DNA of 64,000 nt, taken from an archaeon. GTDB taxonomy: Archaea; Nanobdellota; Nanobdellia; Pacearchaeales; GW2011-AR1. This document shows, piece by piece, positions 18,143-26,140 of this stretch. Positions within the stretch are counted from its first letter, which is position 1, and the number at the start of each line of letters is the position of its first letter. The notes below the pieces were generated by a model. That model saw nothing but the letters and a program-made list of their open reading frames with translations. It searched no databases and was not told where the DNA came from. The position numbers and the translations under genes were made by a program. The stretch lies in NCBI GenBank assembly GCA_027343665.1, contig DAHWKL010000002.1:109386-173385 (forward strand). Direction: 5' to 3'.

Positions 18143-18150
18143 TTTTTAAA
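18143..18150 (-). promoter_or_regulatory. TATA box for the eL41-like ORF (leaderless)
   Basis: Minus strand reads CGAAACC-TTTAAAAA-TA. It has the same BRE-like/TATA context as the tbp and tRNA-Asn promoters and is centred 25.5 nt upstream of the ATG at 18121. Confidence 0.55.
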
Positions 18151-18216
18151 GGTTTCGGGAGGAAAAAGAATATCTTTTCTGATAACAGATAACATTTACC
18201 GACGGAAAAATAAACC

Positions 18217-19428
18217 TCAAGCTGCCATTGTAAGGGTTGAGACACCCTCTTTTCTTAGGACTGCAACCGCTTTTTCCACAGAATCACGACCAAGGAAACA
18301 AGCGACAATCTTATCTTTAAGCTTTGATTCAATGATTTCATGAGCAACTTTGAGAGGACTTGAAACAACCTGCGGAGTCAAAACGGCAAGAACCGAATCA
18401 TAAGTTTTCTTTGATCTTTCAACATTTTTAAGAGCTCTGCGATAACTCACTTCATTAGCATCATCCTGAAGAATCTCAAAGTCTACTTCATATCCTTTGC
18501 TTGAAAGCTCATCGGATAATACTGCAGCTGCACCACCAGAGTTGGAAACCATAAAAATTCTTTTTCCTTTTAATGAATAGATTATATGCTCCTCACGCAG
18601 TCCGAAAGCTCTTATCAATGATTCACTTTCTGTTACACCAGCCTGCCTGAATGCTCCGGAATAAATCTTCTTGTCCGACGGCAGGCTTCCCGTATGCAAC
18701 ATGGTAACTTTCCTTCCGGTCTCAGTTTTTCCTGCATTGACAACATAGATTTTCTTCTTCGAAACTTTGCATAAATCTATGAATCTTTTGCCGTCATCAA
18801 GCCTTTCAATATAACAGATTATCTTTTTTGTTTTCTTGTCTTTCTCAAAATATTCAAGCCAGTCGCAAAATCCCAGATCCGACATATTTCCAAGGGATAC
18901 AAAAGCCCTGAGGCCAAATCCATTGTCAAGGATGTAATTTGCAAGACCTGCACTCTGGCTCAAAAAAACAGTATCACCTTTTTTAAAATTAGATGGGGAA
19001 AGCGTGAGATCTATATTTTTTTTGGGATTGATTATCCCCCCGGAATTCGGTCCGAGAATATTCATATTATATTTGTCTTTTAATCTCACAATTTTTCTCT
19101 CAAGTTTATCCCTCCCGGATTCTGAAAACCCTGATGAAACGATTGCAGCATTTTTTATTCCTTTTTTGAAACATTCTTTCAAAATCCCGGGAACTTTCCT
19201 TGCCGGAAGGCAGATTACAGCAAGGTCGATGTTTTTTTCGTAATCTTTGAGTCTTTTATAACACTTCTTGCCTTCAATACTCTCTTCATGAGTGTTTATC
19301 GGGATTCTCACGCCTTTCTGATTCCTGAGCTTTCTGAATATAGCATTTCCGATTTTCTCCCTGTTGCTAGATGCTCCTATAACAGCAATGGATTTCGCAT
19401 TGAAAAAAGAGTCCAGATTTTCTTTCAT
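18217..19428 (-). CDS. acdA: ADP-forming acetyl-CoA synthetase, alpha-type subunit (CoA-binding and CoA-ligase domains)
   Basis: The start was moved to the ATG at 19428 (MKENLDSFFNAKSIAVIGASSN), which is the canonical CoA-binding N-terminus. A succinyl-CoA-synthetase-like flavodoxin domain follows. Confidence 0.8.
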   Translation of the reverse strand: MKENLDSFFNAKSIAVIGASSNREKIGNAIFRKLRNQKGVRIPINTHEESIEGKKCYKRLKDYEKNIDLAVICLPARKVPGILKECFKKGIKNAAIVSSGFSESGRDKLERKIVRLKDKYNMNILGPNSGGIINPKKNIDLTLSPSNFKKGDTVFLSQSAGLANYILDNGFGLRAFVSLGNMSDLGFCDWLEYFEKDKKTKKIICYIERLDDGKRFIDLCKVSKKKIYVVNAGKTETGRKVTMLHTGSLPSDKKIYSGAFRQAGVTESESLIRAFGLREEHIIYSLKGKRIFMVSNSGGAAAVLSDELSSKGYEVDFEILQDDANEVSYRRALKNVERSKKTYDSVLAVLTPQVVSSPLKVAHEIIESKLKDKIVACFLGRDSVEKAVAVLRKEGVSTLTMAA

Positions 19429-19445
19429 CAAGGTATTTCGAAAGA

Positions 19446-19457
19446 TATATATAAATA
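19446..19457. promoter_or_regulatory. two overlapping divergent TATA boxes for acdA and acdB
   Basis: TATATATA (19446-19453) is centred 25.5 nt upstream of the ATG at 19475. TATTTATA on the minus strand (19450-19457) is centred 25.5 nt upstream of the ATG at 19428. The whole spacer is 46 bp. Confidence 0.5.
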
Positions 19458-19474
19458 AGTTTTGTTTAGCTTTT

Positions 19475-20065
19475 ATGGAAGTATTTTCAGAAGCAAAAGC
19501 CGAGGATTTTCTAGAAAAAGAAGGTTTTCCGGTAGTTGAAAGAGACCTTTCAAGAGGCATCGGTGAACTGAGAGAATCTATAAAAAAAGTCGGGACGCCA
19601 TTCATAATGAAAGTTTCAGGCGAAAGGATATTCAAAAAAAGGGCTGCCAGGGGGATAAAGACAGATATAAAGACTTATACTCAAGCAGTCATGGAATTCA
19701 AGGATTTGAAAAAAATAGAAAGATCAAACGGGGTCCTTGTGCAAAAGAAAATCTCAGGAAAAGAATTCATAGCCGGAATGAAAAAAGCGCCCGAATTCGG
19801 ACATTCGATATTTTTTGGGAATATAGAAGAGAATTTCGTATTCAGAATCGCGCCTTTTGAGAAAGAAGAGGCAGAAAAGATGATAAAAGAATCAGCAGCT
19901 TTCCTTCCTAAAAAAGATGATGATGCAATATCCCTTATACTTTTAAAACTCTCAGAACTTTCAGGAAAACATCCTGAGATAAATGACGCAAAAATAAGAT
20001 TCATGATTCAGGATGACGGGAACCCAAAGATCATAGATGCTGAGATTTCTTTTGATAAAAGTTAA
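19475..20065 (+). CDS. acdB: ADP-forming acetyl-CoA synthetase, beta-type subunit (ATP-grasp)
   Basis: The start was moved to the ATG at 19475 (MEVFSEAKAEDFLEKEGFPV). ATP-grasp-like pattern (PFIMKVSG.., VLVQKKISGKEFIAG). Divergent from acdA. Confidence 0.7.
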   Translation: MEVFSEAKAEDFLEKEGFPVVERDLSRGIGELRESIKKVGTPFIMKVSGERIFKKRAARGIKTDIKTYTQAVMEFKDLKKIERSNGVLVQKKISGKEFIAGMKKAPEFGHSIFFGNIEENFVFRIAPFEKEEAEKMIKESAAFLPKKDDDAISLILLKLSELSGKHPEINDAKIRFMIQDDGNPKIIDAEISFDKS

Positions 20066-20074
20066 TTTCAAAGG

Positions 20075-22063
20075 TCATTTAACGAGAACCATCTTGCCAA
20101 GTTCAGATTCAACCTTTGAATCCTTTTCTTTCTCTTCGAGTCTGTAAAGATAAACTCCTGAAGGGAATCCTGTCATGTCGACTTCGAATCTGTATTCGCC
20201 CGGAACCTTATATCCGCCTTCAATTGCTTTTACTTTTTGTCCAAGGATATTGTAAATATCAATCCCTACTTCTCCTGGCTTTGCCAAATCATACATTATC
20301 GTCGTTGTAGGATTGAAAGGGTTTGGATAATTCTGATATATCTGAAATTTCTTTGGAAGAAGAGGGTCTCTCTCATTCACAGCAGTCACATTTTCCACTT
20401 CTATAAGCTCGTCAGCTGAAGCCTTCAGCGTATCGCCATATGTGGTCACGAAATCCGTGAAAGTCCTTGTGAATGCGTAAGCTGTGGTTTTGTGAGTCTT
20501 ATCGGGGGATAATGTTGTATCTGCCCACACAGTATCATGATCGGTGTAATAAAGCCCCAAAGGAGCGGTTGTGTTCACTTTTGAAGTGTCAGGGAAAGCG
20601 TCAGGATATCCGTTTTGGAAAAGATATTGCGGAGTGAGAGCCTGACCTGAAGGGACTCTTCCTGCATCAACTACGAGAGTGTCAAGACTAGAACCATTTT
20701 TGTTTTTTATATCAACTTTCACAGCTGAACTTAAAATATTCCCATATTTCACATTTGTAGAAGCTGATGAATCCACTTTTGTGACTCCACCTGAAGTTAT
20801 CCATGTGTAAAATCTGTATGGAACAATCATGCTTGTGCTGTCAGCTGACCAGGTTGTGTCTCCCGTCACATAGGAAAGATTAGGAGGAAGTTTTGTGCTG
20901 TCAGCAGATATTGAAGGCACGACATTGAACCCAAGATTCTCAAGGCCCGAAAGGCTCATATCTGCTTTTGACGGAACTTTTGATCCGTCAACATCAACAC
21001 TGTCAGGCAATCCGCTTTCATGAACCCGAATGATATTTGGATTGTCCATAACAAAAGAATTTTCGGGATGATTTCGAGCATTATAATAACTAACCATTGT
21101 TCCTTCTCCATTCTTTAATTTAAATACAACGATTCCTGGCATATAACCAAAATACTTATTATGATTCTCTGCATCTTGAAGATAGGTATATTTCCCAATA
21201 AATACAGCCGAATCTGGATTCATATCATTACTACCTGGAGTAACATGATAAAGATAATAATTTCCGACAGTTCCCCCAATATAAAATGCATATATATTAG
21301 AAAAAGTCGTATCGGGTTTATCCACAAAAACTCCCGCAACAGCATGAGGACTTCCCCCAACATCATAATCATTCACTGTAAAAACGGGAATATTAAATCT
21401 TGCAGGAGTAACTTCACCACTTAAATCAATGCCTGTATTTTCTTTATACCAAGTTAGAAATGCACTTTGATTCGAGACACCATAAAAATCATCTTCATAT
21501 CTGGCTACAAAATTCTGGCAAAGCCAATCTTTAGTATCCCCTGCAGTAGGATAACCTGGGGGCATTGCAGATTCAATTTTCATCATTTTCTCAAGCCAAG
21601 AAACTCTCTCAGCCCTTGTGGTCAAAGAGTCCCAATATCCTGGAAGATAAGGTATTGTGTGATTTAGGTACTCTTGAATCAAATCTGCATCAGATTGGTT
21701 GACAACGCCATCGCCGTTTACATCTGCTCTGTCAAGATCCTGTGGGGGGACATTTCCGGATTCAATAATCTTGACATCTGTTGAATCAACTTTCCCGTCA
21801 TCATTTACATCTCCTGAGCCATACCAATCAAGAGGCCCTCTTCCAAGTTGTACTTGTATATTTGGCTGTGAATAAGGATTCATGAGTACTGGCCATGGCG
21901 TAGGACCATTGACAGTCATCTGAGGAATTGCAGTTGAGGGAGCAGGCCCGATTATCGGATTGCTGTCAAGAAACTGCTGCGCTTTTGCTTTTATAGGCAT
22001 AAGCGTTGCTAACGCGATAGCGCCGACCCCGAGATATTTAGCTAAACCTCTTAACTTTTTCAT
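20075..22063 (-). CDS. secreted dockerin-repeat protein with T9SS/FlgD-Ig-type C-terminal domain
   Basis: 662 aa with a signal peptide (..PIKAKAQQ). Two Ca-binding dockerin loops, DVNDDGKVDSTD and DVNGDGVVNQSD (nt 21668-21814). The last 95 aa (nt 20075-20362), QNYPNPFNPTTTIMYDL..IDIYNILGQKV..SGVYLYRLE, match the Por/T9SS C-terminal sorting-domain pattern. Confidence 0.8.
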   Translation of the reverse strand: MKKLRGLAKYLGVGAIALATLMPIKAKAQQFLDSNPIIGPAPSTAIPQMTVNGPTPWPVLMNPYSQPNIQVQLGRGPLDWYGSGDVNDDGKVDSTDVKIIESGNVPPQDLDRADVNGDGVVNQSDADLIQEYLNHTIPYLPGYWDSLTTRAERVSWLEKMMKIESAMPPGYPTAGDTKDWLCQNFVARYEDDFYGVSNQSAFLTWYKENTGIDLSGEVTPARFNIPVFTVNDYDVGGSPHAVAGVFVDKPDTTFSNIYAFYIGGTVGNYYLYHVTPGSNDMNPDSAVFIGKYTYLQDAENHNKYFGYMPGIVVFKLKNGEGTMVSYYNARNHPENSFVMDNPNIIRVHESGLPDSVDVDGSKVPSKADMSLSGLENLGFNVVPSISADSTKLPPNLSYVTGDTTWSADSTSMIVPYRFYTWITSGGVTKVDSSASTNVKYGNILSSAVKVDIKNKNGSSLDTLVVDAGRVPSGQALTPQYLFQNGYPDAFPDTSKVNTTAPLGLYYTDHDTVWADTTLSPDKTHKTTAYAFTRTFTDFVTTYGDTLKASADELIEVENVTAVNERDPLLPKKFQIYQNYPNPFNPTTTIMYDLAKPGEVGIDIYNILGQKVKAIEGGYKVPGEYRFEVDMTGFPSGVYLYRLEEKEKDSKVESELGKMVLVK

Positions 22064-22084
22064 ATTGTTACTACTGTTTAGTTA

Positions 22085-22092
22085 TTTATAAA
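22085..22092 (-). promoter_or_regulatory. TATA box for the dockerin/CTD gene (leaderless)
   Basis: Palindromic TTTATAAA centred 25.5 nt upstream of the ATG at 22063. Confidence 0.5.
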
Positions 22093-22203
22093 CTTTTTGC
22101 CTTAACGATTTTTATATTTGATTATATTTAAGATAAAGGAGATATAAATTTTATGGATTTTGTAACCCGATAAAAAATGCTTTTATGCATTTTTAGAAAC
22201 TTT

Positions 22204-25098
22204 TTACCTTCTCTTCGTAGTTTTTCTTCTAATGGCAAAAGTCTTCTTTCTTTTGGCTTTTACCTCAAACAAAATATAAAGAACAAAGATTATCAAAACA
22301 GCGACGATTGCATTCTGCCAATCAAAGAAACTCAGCTGAACCTGAGCGGGGCAAGGTATAACCGCGCTTCCGCTTTCACATGAGAATCCATTTGGAAGAC
22401 AGTGATAAGAGGTTGTACCATATAATCCGCAGATTCCATTGCTACAAACTCCGTTGCAATTAGCATTTGTGTAAGTATTATTATCCCAGACAATCTGAGC
22501 AGTCCATGAGGAATTTATCAGCTGACTGTTAGAGCAATCTTCACTCACAGGATTTTGAGTTATCTGGCATGAGACTCCTGTTCCTTGTGCAGCACTTCCG
22601 CCTGAAGTTCCAAGACCGCAAGCGCCAGCAGCACTATTCCACGAGCAAAAAGCATTCACTCCTGCAGGAGGATTTGAACCATAATCAACAAGATATGTGG
22701 CAAGTGAAACATTGCATCCGCCTACTCCATTCACATCTGCATTGCACCAGCTTTGCGCATTTGATAGTCCTACATTTGTTGAGGTATAATCAGTGCAGAA
22801 GCTTACAGAAGCACATTGCGACTTATTGACGGGTGCTGGAGAGCATTGCCCTCCACAACTGGAATCAGCATAGCAGCCATTTCCGACAGAATTACATGAA
22901 GGATCAACTTCACACAATCCGCCACCGCTTCCACTACAAGAATAATATGTTTGTGCTGAGCTTGTCACACTCAGCGTCGGGCTCGTATAACTTCCCAGTA
23001 CAAAAAAGAAATTGTATGTCCCGCTGTTTGAGGTTACCGCAGGATTATTCAAAACATTGCTGTTAAGAGTCCATGTATTGCTGCTCACAGTGTCAGAACC
23101 GCTCACTCCGCCTGAGAATGTTCCTAAGTTAACATTGTTATAAAAAGAGCAGGCAAGGAATCCACAGGAATAATTCTTTTCATAAAGGGTGAAAGTTCCG
23201 CCAGAAGCATAATTCTGAGCATAAAGGTATAAGGGTATTCCACTTGAAACAGAAGAGCTTGAATAAGAAGATTGTGATGGAGTTCCTGAACCATCAATTG
23301 CAAAATACAAACTTGGCGGAACGCAGGCAGAGCCGTCCCAGGTATATCCAGAGTTACACAGATAACATTGCTGTCCTACAGTTGAGCAATAATAGGATGC
23401 ATTATTATAAGCATTTGTAGGATTTGAGGGATTTCCGACATAACCACAAAAACCCGTATAAACTGTACCTTTTTGGGCGAGAGGACACTCAGGGAGGCAC
23501 ACTGTTCCGTTGTAAGTAAATCCAGGGTTACAGAAATAACAACTTTGGCTTGAGGGGCATAAATAGGAAGAATTGAGTTGCGCATTTTGAATAGGTGAAG
23601 AAGAACATCCCGCATTTCCTGTTCCGATAGTAGCAGAAGGACATGAAGTTCCGCAAGAAGTTGTAGAAGCTACTGCTGTAGCACTTAACGGACCACATGC
23701 ATTATTTGATCCCCCACATGCCTGAGCTTGATAACTATAAGTTGTCCCGCAATTCAACCCAGTATTATAATAAGATGCACCAGAAGGAACCGTTTTTATT
23801 AATGTGCCATTCCTGAAAACATTATAACTAGTAGCCCCCGAAACTTGTTGCACTGAGACATATATTGATGTTTGATAGGGAGTTAAACTCGGAGCGAGAA
23901 GACTGCATGCTCCAAGACCCCCTGCAACTGAAGAGCATCCATTACTACAGATATAACCCGAATTAGTGCCCAAAGTGCCTCCCCCGAATGTACCACTACT
24001 GCAATAATATTCCGTTAATTCAATCCTTGTAGAACATTGATCCGGATAGGGTGAATTTGTAGAAACCCCAGTCATATAACCTTGAGGACTTACCTGGTAA
24101 GTTGTCAGCGTTGCAGTTCCTGGGATATATGGATAATTCCCGTCCGTATCAGAGCACAAAGAAGTTGGAAGGCATTGATAATTGTAAGTCTGATTCACAT
24201 CATAACACCCTTGACTTGAATAAGCGGAACATTGACTTTGGGTAAATCCATAGCAACTCGTATTATATGAATATGTAGATTGAGGGTTCCATGTGCAACC
24301 TGCCGTATTCATACATGTAGTCTTGTCAAGACCCCCGCAGGTATTAGTAGCTAAAGGAGTATAACTGTTGGGAACATTTGGATTACTAGATAATGTACCT
24401 GTAGGTGTTCCCGTACAGTAAGCAGGGACGATTGAAGTCGTGACATACTGACCTCCGCAATAAGAGAACGTTGGGCTTGTTTGATTTAAAGCTGTTCCCG
24501 AAGGACATAAACAGGAATATTGAGGAGTACACCCAGAAGTGGATCTGCACGAAGTTTCATCCGGTATGCTACTGCATGAAGAAGATGAACTAGGTAACCA
24601 TGTACAATATGGCTGGTTTGACAAACATTGTGAAGAATCATAGGAATAACAATAAATACCATTAGCTATTGCAGCGGATTTGCAAGTCACATTGCCGCAC
24701 ATCGCATTTGCAAAATCACAACTACCGCTGTATGAAGTCCATGAACAAGGATTTGTAGTTCTCGAAGTGCAACCGATAGGGCAATTTGGACTCATGAAAG
24801 ATGAGCAAGGTTCATTGCCTGTTGTTGTCGTGGTTCCACCACAAGTGTCATAATAAGAAGCAGTACATTGAGATTGACTCAAGCCACTGCAAAAATTGGA
24901 ATCATAAGTGCTACCAGTATAACTTGAGCTTAGTGTACAAGAGGAACCTGTATAATATCCGCTACAACCAAGATAACTGACAGTCTGACCTTGGGTACAC
25001 GTCGTCGCGGAGACATTTTTCGCCATTGAAACGACTGATAAAAATAGGAAGAATGCTAATAACAGAAATAAACTAAACAATTTCACACTCTTTTTCAT
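22204..25098 (-). CDS. giant Cys/Ser/Thr/Gly/Tyr-rich surface protein with C-terminal TM anchor
   Basis: 964 aa. Signal peptide, about 74 Cys by hand count, and almost no Lys/Arg/Glu outside the termini. One FN3-like module (SGATSYNVFRNG..GTTYSYQAQA). Tandem EGF/furin-like repeats of the form Y(L/Y)C..Q(S/Q)CY(F/L)CN(P/S)G(F/Y)T(Y/W)(N/D)G..C(L/V)P. C-terminal TM helix plus a KAKRKK..RRKTTKRR tail. Confidence 0.8.
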   Translation of the reverse strand: MKKSVKLFSLFLLLAFFLFLSVVSMAKNVSATTCTQGQTVSYLGCSGYYTGSSCTLSSSYTGSTYDSNFCSGLSQSQCTASYYDTCGGTTTTTGNEPCSSFMSPNCPIGCTSRTTNPCSWTSYSGSCDFANAMCGNVTCKSAAIANGIYCYSYDSSQCLSNQPYCTWLPSSSSSCSSIPDETSCRSTSGCTPQYSCLCPSGTALNQTSPTFSYCGGQYVTTSIVPAYCTGTPTGTLSSNPNVPNSYTPLATNTCGGLDKTTCMNTAGCTWNPQSTYSYNTSCYGFTQSQCSAYSSQGCYDVNQTYNYQCLPTSLCSDTDGNYPYIPGTATLTTYQVSPQGYMTGVSTNSPYPDQCSTRIELTEYYCSSGTFGGGTLGTNSGYICSNGCSSVAGGLGACSLLAPSLTPYQTSIYVSVQQVSGATSYNVFRNGTLIKTVPSGASYYNTGLNCGTTYSYQAQACGGSNNACGPLSATAVASTTSCGTSCPSATIGTGNAGCSSSPIQNAQLNSSYLCPSSQSCYFCNPGFTYNGTVCLPECPLAQKGTVYTGFCGYVGNPSNPTNAYNNASYYCSTVGQQCYLCNSGYTWDGSACVPPSLYFAIDGSGTPSQSSYSSSSVSSGIPLYLYAQNYASGGTFTLYEKNYSCGFLACSFYNNVNLGTFSGGVSGSDTVSSNTWTLNSNVLNNPAVTSNSGTYNFFFVLGSYTSPTLSVTSSAQTYYSCSGSGGGLCEVDPSCNSVGNGCYADSSCGGQCSPAPVNKSQCASVSFCTDYTSTNVGLSNAQSWCNADVNGVGGCNVSLATYLVDYGSNPPAGVNAFCSWNSAAGACGLGTSGGSAAQGTGVSCQITQNPVSEDCSNSQLINSSWTAQIVWDNNTYTNANCNGVCSNGICGLYGTTSYHCLPNGFSCESGSAVIPCPAQVQLSFFDWQNAIVAVLIIFVLYILFEVKAKRKKTFAIRRKTTKRR

Positions 25099-25120
25099 TT
25101 AACAGATTAAATCATCGGCT

Positions 25121-25128
25121 TTTATAAA
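25121..25128 (-). promoter_or_regulatory. TATA box for the Cys-rich surface protein gene (leaderless)
   Basis: TTTATAAA centred 26.5 nt upstream of the ATG at 25098. Confidence 0.5.
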
Positions 25129-25228
25129 TATTTTGTTGATAAGAGCTTTGTTTAATAAGTAGTTTTTGTTTAAAATTTCATTAAAAGATATATGAAAGAT
25201 TTTTATAGCTTTATCAGTTAAAAATTGC

Positions 25229-26137
25229 GTGAAAGCAAAAAAGACATTGACTTCCTTTTTGAGTTCTGCAATGATATTGACATTGACAGAAAGAGCAATT
25301 GCGCAAAATAAAGCTAATACTCTAGACATAGGAAAAAATCCGCACCAGACAGAACAGATTCTTGGCTTGAATGATGATTTCAAGATGGATTACAGTACCA
25401 AGGTGTCTGTTCCAATCCTGCCGGCTGGAAGGAGCACGGCAATATGGGAGAGTGAATCATGTGATTCTATTCCGAGCATGAAAGAAAATCATAGTGTCAT
25501 GAAAGTTCTCAATGGGGAAGCGACGCTTGTTATACCAATATTCTTCCTTAAGAATGTGAAAGTCCAATACAGGACATACGTTGACAGCCTCGGAAGGCCA
25601 ATTGAAAGCATGCTTGTCGATTATAACTGCTCCCAGCATGAATTTTCACATCTTGACAGCACAATAATAAAAGAAGAATTCCCGGAAAGATGGAAAGACA
25701 TAAGAGGCTTTTACAGAGACCAGTTCAATTATAAAGAAGGTATCATCACTGACAGCCACGGGAAAGAACATCCGCTGGATTCATCATTCACAGACGTGCA
25801 GACAACTTATTTTTCCGTATGCAATATGATAAAAGATGCTCAATCCGGAAAGATTCAAATGCCTTTTGACACGACACTCAATATTTTTGATGATTCTGTA
25901 GCGTACAAATTCCGTCTAAAGGCAGAGAATGGTGAAAAGAAAGATAGTAATTATATAAAAGCTTCAGCAAGATTGGAAAGTTTAAGCGGAGGAAAACCTT
26001 CATTCATTATGAAGAGCATAGATAATATCACTTTCTTCATAAACAAGAAAAATTATATTCCAGAACGCATAAAAGTTAATCTGTTCTCAGGAGCAGCATC
26101 CGCAGACATCAGATTAAAAAGCTATGAAATAAAATAA
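25229..26137 (+). CDS. secreted hypothetical protein
   Basis: 302 aa with a GTG start and a signal-peptide-like N-terminus (..ILTLTERAIAQ). A TATA-like TTTTATAG at 25201-25208 lies 24.5 nt upstream. No recognisable domain. Confidence 0.55.
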   Translation: MKAKKTLTSFLSSAMILTLTERAIAQNKANTLDIGKNPHQTEQILGLNDDFKMDYSTKVSVPILPAGRSTAIWESESCDSIPSMKENHSVMKVLNGEATLVIPIFFLKNVKVQYRTYVDSLGRPIESMLVDYNCSQHEFSHLDSTIIKEEFPERWKDIRGFYRDQFNYKEGIITDSHGKEHPLDSSFTDVQTTYFSVCNMIKDAQSGKIQMPFDTTLNIFDDSVAYKFRLKAENGEKKDSNYIKASARLESLSGGKPSFIMKSIDNITFFINKKNYIPERIKVNLFSGAASADIRLKSYEIK

Positions 26138-26140
26138 ATT

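Noticed and set aside
18036-18245. Track ORF of 69 aa (GTG start inside the acdA 3' end) in the acdA-downstream spacer.
   Set aside because: Its N-terminal two thirds are implausible (..FFFLPKPLKINFPS..) and it has no promoter. The overlapping 38-aa eL41-like frame (18005..18121) has an ATG and a perfectly spaced TATA box, and it explains the region better.
25099-25383. 94-aa minus-strand ORF spanning the divergent promoter region and the start of the 25229 gene.
   Set aside because: It covers the spacer containing both TATA boxes and overlaps the signal-peptide coding region of the plus-strand gene. Its composition is not protein-like.
20075-26137. A diversity-generating retroelement targeting the surface proteins.
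   Set aside because: There is no reverse transcriptase gene in the window. I saw no template/variable repeat pair with adenine-specific mismatches. The internal repeats of the Cys-rich gene are protein-level module duplications.
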